Virus record (IMG/VR): IMGVR_UViG_3300023082_000008
Span: 64,001-126,020 of that record
Source of the DNA: a virus
Lineage: Duplodnaviria; Heunggongvirae; Uroviricota; Caudoviricetes
Strand: one strand, 5' to 3'
DNA: 62,020 nt
This document shows positions 46,087 through 55,243 of the stretch, piece by piece. Below the pieces are notes generated by a model that had not been told where the DNA came from, made no database searches, and saw nothing but the letters and a program-made list of their open reading frames with translations. A program made the translations under genes and the position numbers. How positions within the stretch are numbered: the first letter of the stretch is position 1; the number at the start of each line of letters is the position of its first letter.

Positions 46087-46388
46087 GTTATATTCATAAA
46101 GATGTGCACAAGATCACCGTGGATGGAGACATCGCAGAGATGGACATGGAGCGCCACAAGTCAGAACTTATCAGGACAATGCAGGACCAGTTGAGGGTAG
46201 ATGGTCACATTCCTCTGCTTGACATGGACCCTCAGTTCAGTGTAGGCTATGACTTTGAGCGTGACGTGCGCACCTTCACGTTGAGCGTGTTTGGAATTAA
46301 GGGAGATAATCCGTGGGACTACAGCGGGGTCTTGAGTGGCCGAGCGATCAAGAAGTCTACAACGAATCCCAAATCGCCGCAGTCCTAG
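46083..46388 (+). CDS. hypothetical protein between helicase and primase
   Basis: ATGA overlap with the helicase stop. Confidence 0.7.
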   Translation: MSYIHKDVHKITVDGDIAEMDMERHKSELIRTMQDQLRVDGHIPLLDMDPQFSVGYDFERDVRTFTLSVFGIKGDNPWDYSGVLSGRAIKKSTTNPKSPQS

Positions 46389-47362
46389 AAGAAATTGGTG
46401 TGGAGGTAAAGGGAGAGACCGAGAACGTTTTCTTGTGTCTCTGCCCTTTCCACAACAACTTCCATTCGCCTGCCATGGTTGTCAGTAAGTTCAAGGGATT
46501 GTACTACTGCAACAATGGTGGCTGTGGAGCGCGCGGTAATCTCAAGAAACTCATTGCAGAACGTTCTAACATGGACGAGTTTGCAGTTAACCGTATGCTC
46601 AACAAGTACAAGGAAGACGTTGACTTCCTAGAAGCAAGACGTCAAAGAGTAGAGGATTTCAAGTTTGAGGCTTATACCACGCACGATCTATCCCTACTCC
46701 GCTCTGCGTTCCCTTGTTCTAGAGCCCACGAATACATGCGTGGACGTGGTTTTGAAGACGACACCCTCAGGTCGTTCGATTGTGGGTACTCCGAGGATGA
46801 CCCAAGAGACATGGTCGTTGTGCCGGTACACGATCCAGACGGCATGGCAATCGGATTCGTTGGTCGTTCCGTGGGGGACAAAAGATTTCAGAATAGTGAC
46901 AATCTACCAAAGTCAAAAACCCTGTTCAATTACCATAACGCTAAACGAACGGGCGGTACAGTCGTTGTTGTGGAAGCGTCGTTTGACACCATGGCGGTAC
47001 ATCAAGCAGGATACCCAAACGTTGTGGCTACACTGGGATCAAGCCTCTCTAACAACCAAAGAGAAATCCTAGGAAGAACATTTGATACCATCATTGTTTT
47101 AACTGACTGGGACAAGGCTGGTCGTAAACTGGGCGAGCAGATTGAGTCCAAGTTCCGTCACAAGACGGTCAAGTGGGCTGCCATGGAGAACGGTTACTAC
47201 CCCCTCCTGCCGTCTGGGAAGATGTGTAAGGACGCCGCAGAAATGTTAGAGGAATTGGGTCCAGAGGCAATTAGACAGGTGCTTAGAAACGCCATGTCGC
47301 CCATCAACTACCATGCCATGATTGACGAGGATGCTGAAAAGCATGGCTACAGCATGGTATAA
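46313..47362 (+). CDS. dnaG: DNA primase (zinc finger plus TOPRIM)
   Basis: CPFH...CNNGGC zinc finger, VVVEASFD, LTDWDKAG. Confidence 0.9.
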   Translation: MGLQRGLEWPSDQEVYNESQIAAVLEEIGVEVKGETENVFLCLCPFHNNFHSPAMVVSKFKGLYYCNNGGCGARGNLKKLIAERSNMDEFAVNRMLNKYKEDVDFLEARRQRVEDFKFEAYTTHDLSLLRSAFPCSRAHEYMRGRGFEDDTLRSFDCGYSEDDPRDMVVVPVHDPDGMAIGFVGRSVGDKRFQNSDNLPKSKTLFNYHNAKRTGGTVVVVEASFDTMAVHQAGYPNVVATLGSSLSNNQREILGRTFDTIIVLTDWDKAGRKLGEQIESKFRHKTVKWAAMENGYYPLLPSGKMCKDAAEMLEELGPEAIRQVLRNAMSPINYHAMIDEDAEKHGYSMV

Positions 47363-47370
47363 TTGAGGTT

Positions 47371-47886
47371 ATGGTAGGACTTGCAGATTTCCAAAAGAGA
47401 ATGGGCACCACAACGGTGCGACCATCATGGCTCACTATCAAAAATGGTGAATCAAAGCAGTTGACGTTCCTCGGAGAGCCGAAGGATTTTAAGATTGTCG
47501 TAGAGCACGTTTCGCCAGAAGACTGGAAAAAGCGCGGTATCTGTACATACAATACCGGCCACTGCTTCGCCTGTGAGCAGAGAGCGTATGGATGGAATCA
47601 GAACATCAGAATCTACATTCCGGTGCTCATGAATCAGCGTCCATACGTGATCGCACAGGGCATTGGAGCCAATTCAGTATTGCACGATTTGGTGCAGGCC
47701 AAGCGAGAACGTGGTATAATTAGAGATGTAGTATTCGATGTGTCACGTAAAGGTGAGGGCAAGAGAAGCGCATATAGCGCAGTTCCCACAGACACACCCG
47801 CACCGCTATACAAGACACAAGTTGACATTGAATCATTGTTAAACAACATCACATACGACAAACAAAAAACATATTACAAGGAGTAA
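47371..47886 (+). CDS. single-stranded DNA-binding-like protein, Cys-containing copy
   Basis: gp32-like pattern (RIYIPVL...SRKGEG...Y) with CTYNTGHCFAC. Alignable by eye to the next gene. Confidence 0.6.
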   Translation: MVGLADFQKRMGTTTVRPSWLTIKNGESKQLTFLGEPKDFKIVVEHVSPEDWKKRGICTYNTGHCFACEQRAYGWNQNIRIYIPVLMNQRPYVIAQGIGANSVLHDLVQAKRERGIIRDVVFDVSRKGEGKRSAYSAVPTDTPAPLYKTQVDIESLLNNITYDKQKTYYKE

Positions 47887-47892
47887 CACAGA

Positions 47893-48687
47893 ATGCCATT
47901 TGAAGGACTAAGCGGTTTCCGCGAGCAGCAGGAGAAGAAAACGGTTGAAGAATCACCGTTTTTTAAGTTGACAGAAAAGGGCCAGAAGGCTCTTATTCGT
48001 CCACTAGTTGAGTTGGATAAGGAATCCATCAACTACTCAGAGGGTCGCCTCCCCCTCTTCACACAGGAGTTTGCAAATCCTCAGAAGTTCTGGCTGTCTA
48101 TTGAAGACACCCGTACTGATGAGGACCAGTCTGTCGGCTGGGAAATGATCGCAAAGTACGGCTGGTACGTACAGGACGCATCAAAGATTGATCCGAAGAA
48201 GAAGCAGCATTCGGACGGTAAGTTCAACTGGAACCCACAGCAGTTCGTTTACCTGCCTGTTCTAGTAAAGGACAAGCCAAGCGATGACCCTCGCGTCGAG
48301 GTAATGCGCGTTAAGTACCGTGGTGGTGAGGCTACAACCCTTATCGACTACGCAAACAGCGAACGTGAGTTCGACCCGGACGGTAATTCGTCTGATCCAT
48401 TCAAGTCAATTACTGACCGCTGGTGGAACTACAGCCGTAACAACGAGAGCGGTTTTGCAGTGCGCTACAACCTATCACCAAAGGATGCGTCGGATGACGT
48501 AAACGTATTGGATTTTGAGGTTCCTGACCTTAGCCAGTTCGTCAAGAGTATTCCCTATGGTGCTGATGGTTCCGAACAGCGTGCTTACCTACAGGTTGCG
48601 TCCAACACGGAGCCTCAGGCAGAGCAGGCTCCGATTGTAGCCGACACAGGCACGTCAAGTTCTGCGATTACCAAGGCAAACTGGTAA
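47893..48687 (+). CDS. single-stranded DNA-binding-like protein with low-complexity C-terminal tail
   Basis: Paralog of the preceding gene. Tail ends in W. Strong SD and downstream terminator. Confidence 0.65.
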   Translation: MPFEGLSGFREQQEKKTVEESPFFKLTEKGQKALIRPLVELDKESINYSEGRLPLFTQEFANPQKFWLSIEDTRTDEDQSVGWEMIAKYGWYVQDASKIDPKKKQHSDGKFNWNPQQFVYLPVLVKDKPSDDPRVEVMRVKYRGGEATTLIDYANSEREFDPDGNSSDPFKSITDRWWNYSRNNESGFAVRYNLSPKDASDDVNVLDFEVPDLSQFVKSIPYGADGSEQRAYLQVASNTEPQAEQAPIVADTGTSSSAITKANW

Positions 48688-48702
48688 TCTATTGAGCCAG
48701 TT

Positions 48703-48736
48703 AGTCCCAGCCGCCTTAACCCCGGCTGGGGCTTTC
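48703..48736 (+). terminator. intrinsic terminator
   Basis: AGTCCCAGCCG / CGGCTGGGGCT stem followed by TTCT. Confidence 0.8.
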
Positions 48737-48743
48737 TGATTTT

Positions 48744-49049
48744 ATGGATAACTTTTGGCAAGAATATTCAGCCTATTTGAAGAGCCCAACATGGAAATTG
48801 GTTCGTGAAAGGCTCATGGCCGTGCACGGACACCGATGCTGGTGCTGCCGGGTCACATATGGTACCATGAATGTGCACCACTTGACCTATGCACGCTGGC
48901 GCAACCCCATGGTGGGCGATGTGCGCGTGCTGTGCAAGGCCTGCCACGCAGACGTTACGGCCCTACAGAGGGCGCGCGGTAAATCAACCGACCCAGTCAT
49001 CGTGCTGGGTATTCACAGACAACAATGCAAGAGGAGAAAGAGCCGTTAA
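48744..49049 (+). CDS. small HNH endonuclease
   Basis: YLKSPTWKLVR...CWCC...VHHLTY...LCKACH. Confidence 0.85.
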   Translation: MDNFWQEYSAYLKSPTWKLVRERLMAVHGHRCWCCRVTYGTMNVHHLTYARWRNPMVGDVRVLCKACHADVTALQRARGKSTDPVIVLGIHRQQCKRRKSR

Positions 49050-52000
49050 CTACGTCAACCTACACGCCCACTCTCACTACTCAGTACTAGACGGTCACGC
49101 CACGGCAGACGAATATGCTGCTCGTGTTAGCGAACTGGACATGAAGTACCTTGCCACAACTGAGCACGGTACCCTGACAAGTCACCGAGACTTCCAGCGC
49201 ACTGCTGAGAAGAACGGACTTACGCCAATTCTAGGTGTTGAGGCGTACTGGACAGCAGACCGCTTCGACAGAACTTCCAAAGCCAAGCGTGCTGAGGGAG
49301 ATTCGGTATACAACCACGTCATCCTGCTCGCAGAAAACGCGGTAGGGCTAAAGAACCTACAGTACATTAACAAGGATTCACACCTTGCAGGATTCTACAA
49401 CAAGAACCGTACAGACAACACTGTGCTGCAAGAGTACAGCGAGGGCATCATCACGCTCTCGGGCTGCCTTAACTCTCCTATTGCCAAGGCTTTCGAGTAC
49501 GACAACCCACAAAAGGCTCGTTCACTAGCACTTGAATTCAAGGAAATCTTCGGGGACAACTTCTATATGGAAGTTCAGACCCACAACGGTGCTGAGATGA
49601 ACGGCAAGTTGTTGGCTTTGGCTGACGAACTCAAGATCAAGCCCGTCATCACCTGTGACTGCCACACCTCAAACGAGGAATTCCAGTGGGTTCAGGAAGC
49701 CCTTCTGTTGCTCAACACAAATCCCAAGAAGGCCACTGGTGTGGACTTTTCCAAGTCACAGCGTATGGACTTCTACGAGCGTATGAACTACCTGTACCCT
49801 GATCGCAAGATGACCTTTGAGCACCTAGAGTTATACCTCAAGGATTACGTCGATTTGCGTACAGAAATGGCTGCTCAGGGATTTGACCGTGAGGACTTGT
49901 TCGCAAACACGGTTGAGATTGCAGAGAAGATTGGTGACTACCCTTATCAGGAGGGTCTCGACCTGCTGCCACGACCAAACAACGGCAACCCCAACGTCAT
50001 TCTCAAGAACAACGCCTACGCAGGCCTACAGGCGCGCGGTATCTCCAAGACAAATTCCAAGTACATGGATCGTCTCAAGAGAGAACTGGACGTCATTACA
50101 GAGAAGGACTTTGGAACATACTTCCTTATTGTTGCTGACCTGATTGAGTGGGCCAAGGAACAGAAGATTCCTATGGGCTTCGGTCGTGGTTCGGCTGCTG
50201 GTTCTTTGGTGTGCTGGGCTCTGGGAATCACAGAAATTGACCCTATGCCATTCAACCTGCTATTTGAGCGATTCCTAGACGCAGAGCGTGACGATATCGT
50301 GGATATTGATATCGACATTGCTGATACGGAGCGCGGTAAGGTCAAGGAATACCTTGAGCGAAAGTTCACCAATGTTGGTCACCTGATGACATTCAGCATG
50401 ATGGACGGTAAGAGTCTCCTAAAGGACGCTGCACGCGTTTACAGTATTCCTTTGGGCGAGGTTAATGCTCTAACCAAATTGTTTGTTACATGGGAAGAGT
50501 ACTGCACGTCCAAGGCTACCGAGCATTTCCGCATGAAGTACCCTGAGGTCAAGGTGCTGGGAGATGCTCTGCGCGGACGTATCCGTACTCGTGGCGTTCA
50601 CGCTGGTGGATTCGTGCTGTCCAGCATTCCTCTTGAGGACGTTGTTCCTATTGAGTCTGCAACCAACAAGGATGATGCATCTAAGGATCGTATCCCTGTT
50701 GTGGCTATGGACAAAAAGGAAGCAGCCAAGGTTGGTCTGGTCAAGATCGACCTTCTGGGACTCAAGAACCTCGGCGTTATCTCAGAAGTTCAACGTCTCG
50801 TCAAGGAACGCTACAACCGTGACTTTGATATGTACGCAATCAAGCCTACAGACAAGGCTGTGTTGGCGTCGATCACCAAGGAAAATGCCTCTGGTATCTT
50901 CCAAGTGGATGGTAACGCATTCCGAAACATTCTGCCTGATTACCCAGTCAAGTCATTTGAGGACATTTACAACCTTACGGCTCTGATTCGTCCTGGTGCT
51001 GCAAACTCCGAGTTTGGTAAGCAGTACTACGATTTCAAGAATTCAGGCACCCGCACCAGCATCCACAAGGACGTGGACTGGATTACGTCAAAGACAGGCG
51101 GCGCGGTACTGTTTCAGGAGGACGTTATGCTCCTATGCCAGCACCTAGCAGGCATGACAGCGGGAGAGTCGAATAAGGTCCGTAAGACAATTGGTGACAA
51201 GGACAAGGAAGCACTTGATGAATGGCGCGAAGCATTCGTTGAGGGAGCCTCAGAAAAGATTGGCCATCAAAAGGCTGAAAGACTATGGAAGAACATTGAG
51301 GCTTCGGCTGATTACTCGTTCAACCTGTCTCACGCTGTGGCCTACTCCATGCTCACCTACATCACGGCGTACCTAAAGTTCTACTACCCGCTTGAGTACA
51401 GTCTTGCACTCATTAAGGTAGAAAAGGACACGGCCAAGAAGATTGAATACCTTTTGGATGCCAAGCGTCGTGACCTTACCGTCCGCATGCCACACGTCAA
51501 CGTGAGTGAGGCCGACCTGTCGATTAAGGAAGATTACATGATCTTCGGTCTGACGGACATCAAGGGCATTGGTGAGGCTGGTGCTCGCAAGATCATCGAG
51601 AAGCGTCCGTTTGAGTCGTGGGCTCAGTTCACAGAGGTGGCTGAGACGAAGTACAGCGGCATTCCAGCCAACGCTGTAAAGGCGTTGGACCTAGTGGGCG
51701 GCGGTGTTTTTGCAGACCACCCGCTGCGCGGAGACGAGTCTGAGTACTACTACGAATACCTCAACCTTCCATCTTTCGACACAACCAAGATGCCGCAGCA
51801 TGTCATTGACAGACTGCGCTCGGTGGACGAGTACGACGAAGAGGGAACATTCATGCTCATGGGCTTGGCTCAGAAGATTGAGCGAAAGAATGGCTGGGCT
51901 CGTGCTGACATTATTGACGGCACCGGCGCGGTGGGAATCTTTTTTGATCCAAAATATGAAATTGACAAGGGCAAGTTCTACATCTTCATGGTCCACAATA

Positions 52001-52326
52001 AGTCTATTGTTGAATTTATGGAATTGAGTGAATTAGATGAGATGCAGCGCACTATGAGTCTGTATCTGATGACAGATCAGTTTAGTCCTTTTGAGGGTTA
52101 CCGAGTCATGGCATTCAAGCCGCGTCAGACAAAGGCTGGTAAACTGATGGGTACGTTGATCGTTACAGATCAATACAAAAATCTGACGGGCATGCTTGTG
52201 TGGCCTAGAGAGTTCTCCAAGACCCACACGGTTGCTCAGCCTGGAGTAATTGTCGATCTAAGCATCGGCACAAAGTACGACAACGGTAAGGAAACCGTTT
52301 ATTTAGATAGAATTGGAGTAATGTAA
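49045..52326 (+). CDS. dnaE: DNA polymerase III alpha subunit (family C)
   Basis: PHP motif NLHAHSHYSVLDG, GRGSAAGSLV, DIDID, HAGG, KIDLLGL, YSFNLSHAVAY, OB-fold C-terminus. No intein-sized insert. The SD-positioned codon is GTT. Confidence 0.95.
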   Translation, partial: VNYVNLHAHSHYSVLDGHATADEYAARVSELDMKYLATTEHGTLTSHRDFQRTAEKNGLTPILGVEAYWTADRFDRTSKAKRAEGDSVYNHVILLAENAVGLKNLQYINKDSHLAGFYNKNRTDNTVLQEYSEGIITLSGCLNSPIAKAFEYDNPQKARSLALEFKEIFGDNFYMEVQTHNGAEMNGKLLALADELKIKPVITCDCHTSNEEFQWVQEALLLLNTNPKKATGVDFSKSQRMDFYERMNYLYPDRKMTFEHLELYLKDYVDLRTEMAAQGFDREDLFANTVEIAEKIGDYPYQEGLDLLPRPNNGNPNVILKNNAYAGLQARGISKTNSKYMDRLKRELDVITEKDFGTYFLIVADLIEWAKEQKIPMGFGRGSAAGSLVCWALGITEIDPMPFNLLFERFLDAERDDIVDIDIDIADTERGKVKEYLERKFTNVGHLMTFSMMDGKSLLKDAARVYSIPLGEVNALTKLFVTWEEYCTSKATEHFRMKYPEVKVLGDALRGRIRTRGVHAGGFVLSSIPLEDVVPIESATNKDDASKDRIPVVAMDKKEAAKVGLVKIDLLGLKNLGVISEVQRLVKERYNRDFDMYAIKPTDKAVLASITKENASGIFQVDGNAFRNILPDYPVKSFEDIYNLTALIRPGAANSEFGKQYYDFKNSGTRTSIHKDVDWITSKTGGAVLFQEDVMLLCQHLAGMTAGESNKVRKTIGDKDKEALDEWREAFVEGASEKIGHQKAERLWKNIEASADYSFNLSHAVAYSMLTYITAYLKFYYPLEYSLALIKVEKDTAKKIEYLLDAKRRDLTVRMPHVNVSEADLSIKEDYMIFGLTDIKGIGEAGARKIIEKRPFESWAQFTEVAETKYSGIPANAVKALDLVGGGVFADHPLRGDESEYYYEYLNLPSFDTTKMPQHVIDRLRSVDEYDEEGTFMLMGLAQKIERKNGWARADIIDGTGAVGIFFDPKYEIDKGKFYIFMVHNKSIVEFMELSELDEMQRTMSLYLMTDQFSPFEGYRVMAFKPRQTKAGKLMGTLIVTDQYKNLTGMLVWPREFSKTHTVAQPGVIVDLSIGTKYDNGKETVYLDRIGVM

Positions 52327-52601
52327 TGGAAGAGTATGCAGACTATCTCGGACGCTTGATCGGACACGTCCTACTCAAAACCGGGCCGGTACTCATTGAG
52401 AAAGATCAATGGGAAGCAGGGCTACCGGAAGACATTCAAGGTGTCATGGTAGAAGACACACAAGAGGGATACCTCGTATTTTTAACAGATAAGGATTTCA
52501 CAAATGACACAGAAGACATTGATGGAAATGGTGAAGGAGTTTCACCAGACGTACAAACTGACGATGAATCAGACCCCGACGTTGAGAGTGCCAGCAACTG
52601 A
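52326..52601 (+). CDS. acidic hypothetical protein
   Basis: Starts at the dnaE stop. Its last 98 nt overlap the next gene. Confidence 0.6.
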   Translation: MEEYADYLGRLIGHVLLKTGPVLIEKDQWEAGLPEDIQGVMVEDTQEGYLVFLTDKDFTNDTEDIDGNGEGVSPDVQTDDESDPDVESASN

Positions 52602-53073
52602 GCGTCAGATGCGCATTGACCTCATTATCGAGGAATTGGACGAACTTCAAACCGCTCTTGATGAAGAGGATATTGTGGAGGTAGCCGACGCACTGGCCGA
52701 CCTTCTTTATGTTGTGGCTGGCGCGGGGTTGGTATTCGGCATCGACCTTGACGCGGTATTGCAGGAGGTACATCGCTCTAATATGAGCAAGTTGCATCAT
52801 GAAACCAATCTTCCCATTTATCGTGAAGATGGTAAGGTTCTCAAGGGGGAGAATTTTTCCGAGCCTGACATTGGTTCTGTGCTGCATAAGCAGATGATGG
52901 ATCATGGTTTGGCAAATCGGCACATTCCAAAACCTAGAATTACTAGAAATGATATCAAGGTGGGAAAGATTTTAACTGGTGTTATCAGTGCTAACAAGAT
53001 TACAAACTCAGTACTTACGTTAAAGCCAGTCAACGGCACAGATGGAAAATGGAACCTTCGCGACATGGTATAA
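52504..53073 (+). CDS. MazG-like / PRA-PH nucleotide pyrophosphohydrolase
   Basis: IIEELDEL...EVADALADLLYV...EVHRSNMSK...DGKVLKG. Confidence 0.88.
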   Translation: MTQKTLMEMVKEFHQTYKLTMNQTPTLRVPATERQMRIDLIIEELDELQTALDEEDIVEVADALADLLYVVAGAGLVFGIDLDAVLQEVHRSNMSKLHHETNLPIYREDGKVLKGENFSEPDIGSVLHKQMMDHGLANRHIPKPRITRNDIKVGKILTGVISANKITNSVLTLKPVNGTDGKWNLRDMV

Positions 53074-53080
53074 TTGGTTT

Positions 53081-54079
53081 ATGCCAACAATGAATGAAAT
53101 CCTTGCTTCTCTGGACAAGGACACACAAAAGAGTATCCAGATTGCATCAAAGGTAGAAGTCCGCCGCCTGCCCAACCCGTCTATCGGTATCACAAAAGAA
53201 CTGAGAGGCGGGTTGCGGTTTGGTGGCGTACACCTGTTTTGGGGGCCAACCGGCTCCGGTAAGACACTGAACGCTTACGAGACGCTAGCCTTGGCCCAAA
53301 AGATGGGCTATACGTGCGCTCTGGTAGATTCAGAAACAGCGTTTACAAATGAGTGGGCAAGTGAATTAGGAATTAATACTGAGGAACTAGCAATCATCAC
53401 AACGAAATCCATGGAACTAGCAACAAACCAAGTAATGAAACTTTTGAAGGCTGGCGTAGATGTTGTTTTGATTGATTCTGTGTCAGAACTCACACCTCCC
53501 GGTGAGTTTGAGAAGGATTCGGGGGAATTGAAGGAAATGAGTGGCGTCGGAGCCATTGGAGCACAGGCTCGTGGTATCCGCGCAATGCTAGGAAAGATCA
53601 CGAACGTGCTGGGAGACTCCCTCGTTCTGATGATTAGCCAGCAGACCACGGAGATTACGCAAAACGGCGGTATCCAGAAGCCACAGGGCGGTAACCGCAT
53701 GGCTCACGTAGCCTCTACCTCCATTAAGTTCGGATCACCCATGGCTGAGAAGAACCGAAAGATGGGCGATGTAACAGAGGGAGACTTGATTTTCCAAAAG
53801 GTTACCGGTCGTCCTGTCAACTGGCAGATCACCAAGGAACGTGGCCCCGGAATGCACGCAAAGGGAAACTACGATATCTACTTTGCTGGTGATTTTGTGG
53901 GAATTGATAAGGTGGGTGAACTTGTTGACTATGGTATCCACTACGGCATTATTGCCAAGGGTGGATCGTGGCTGACTATTTACGATCACCGCGTACAGGG
54001 TCGTGACAACGCTATCAAGTATGTTCGTGAGAACAAGGAAGTCCAAGACACGTTGGAGGCTGAACTCCTTGCCAAGTAA
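53081..54079 (+). CDS. recA: RecA-like recombinase
   Basis: Walker A GPTGSGKT, LVDSE, LIDSV, QKPQGG. Start ATG 53081, 6 nt after TATAAT. Confidence 0.92.
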   Translation: MPTMNEILASLDKDTQKSIQIASKVEVRRLPNPSIGITKELRGGLRFGGVHLFWGPTGSGKTLNAYETLALAQKMGYTCALVDSETAFTNEWASELGINTEELAIITTKSMELATNQVMKLLKAGVDVVLIDSVSELTPPGEFEKDSGELKEMSGVGAIGAQARGIRAMLGKITNVLGDSLVLMISQQTTEITQNGGIQKPQGGNRMAHVASTSIKFGSPMAEKNRKMGDVTEGDLIFQKVTGRPVNWQITKERGPGMHAKGNYDIYFAGDFVGIDKVGELVDYGIHYGIIAKGGSWLTIYDHRVQGRDNAIKYVRENKEVQDTLEAELLAK

Positions 54080-54266
54080 GTTTTTCAGATATCTCGATGG
54101 TATGGAGGGACTTCCTTCCACGCCAAAGCAAGAGGCAGAAGGCTTATTCGAATGTTCGAATGGCTGTTTTTCATCCACGACTACCGCAGTTGTTCAGGGT
54201 AATTTTGTCTACTTCACATGCCCTAATGGCCACGAGAATAAGGAGCCATATAATGGATTACAATAA
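54069..54266 (+). CDS. small zinc-binding protein
   Basis: TTG start 9 nt after GGAGG. FECSNGC...CPNGH. Confidence 0.6.
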   Translation: MPSKFFRYLDGMEGLPSTPKQEAEGLFECSNGCFSSTTTAVVQGNFVYFTCPNGHENKEPYNGLQ

Positions 54267-54579
54267 GTTGGAAATCGCTGAGGCCAAGCACATCGGTGCA
54301 ACGCCTCACCCGAACAGCGGGCGGGGTACAAAGAAGGGTGACGCAAGTTACCCCGGAATCACCATTGATTTTAAATTTGGAGAAAAGTCATTCTCATTCA
54401 ATAAGGACGTTTGGCGAAAGATTTGTTCAGACGCACACTCAAATCATCAAAGCCCCGCTATTGCTATCGTAATGGGCGCTCGGGACGAGCCCAAGACTAG
54501 ACTCTGGGTGATTGACGACGGACTCTTTCAAGAAATGCGAGAACTATGGGAAGAGCATAACAGGGAGTTTATTCAGTGA
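54253..54579 (+). CDS. PD-(D/E)xK nuclease, Holliday-junction-resolvase-like
   Basis: PNSGRGTKKGD...IDFK...WRKICSDA. ATG 54253 after AGGAG. Confidence 0.7.
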   Translation: MDYNKLEIAEAKHIGATPHPNSGRGTKKGDASYPGITIDFKFGEKSFSFNKDVWRKICSDAHSNHQSPAIAIVMGARDEPKTRLWVIDDGLFQEMRELWEEHNREFIQ

Positions 54580-54896
54580 AGTTTGTAAAGAAACCAATCG
54601 AGGTAGAGGCAATTCGCTTTACTTACCTGTCTGGAGACGAAATTGCCGAATGGGCAAAAGATGACAAAGGTGATCAAAAGTTCAATTGGGGTTATGATGA
54701 AGGACCAGAGGGAGACCTTTGGGGGCAAATCTATATTGACCACAGTGACACATGGGCACCAGTACAGCCTGGAGAATGGGTTGTTAAGGATGTTAAGGGT
54801 GCCTACTATCCTTGCGATAATGAGGTCTTTCGTGAGGGCCACGATCCAAAGCCTGAGACTCTGGGCGGTATTACGGAAGGAGAATGGACTAAATGA
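54576..54896 (+). CDS. conserved phage hypothetical protein
   Basis: MKFVKKPIEVEAIRF...GEWVVKDVKGAYYPC...VF, a pattern common in phages. Confidence 0.75.
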   Translation: MKFVKKPIEVEAIRFTYLSGDEIAEWAKDDKGDQKFNWGYDEGPEGDLWGQIYIDHSDTWAPVQPGEWVVKDVKGAYYPCDNEVFREGHDPKPETLGGITEGEWTK

Positions 54897-55243
54897 TTGA
54901 TGAAGAAATTAGTGAAAATGAACCGGCGGTAAAGGCACTAAAGGCTATTGATTTTATTCAGACGGCTAAGGATTTCATTGATGACCCTGACTTTACTGAC
55001 TGCGTTGACATGGCCCTAACCCTAATCGTAAATCCAGATGCAGCATCAGTTAGAACGAGTCAACTAATCGTTAAACTGGAGGCTTACGCCTTAATTTTTC
55101 GTCTAGGATTTGCTTCTCACATGGGAATTGCGTCGATCAAGAACTCCGCACGCAAAAATATGTACAAGGAACTTTATCAGGGGCTAGATAAACTAGCCGA
55201 TTCTCTAAAATATATGGTCAAGAATTGGAATGATTTTCAGTGA
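54893..55243 (+). CDS. hypothetical protein
   Basis: Overlap-coupled. Ends DKLADSLKY. Confidence 0.7.
   Translation: MIDEEISENEPAVKALKAIDFIQTAKDFIDDPDFTDCVDMALTLIVNPDAASVRTSQLIVKLEAYALIFRLGFASHMGIASIKNSARKNMYKELYQGLDKLADSLKYMVKNWNDFQ

Noticed and set aside
48889-49044. N-terminal extension of DnaE given by the ORF track
   Set aside because: It overlaps the HNH gene out of frame, lacks an SD and has shadow-like composition.
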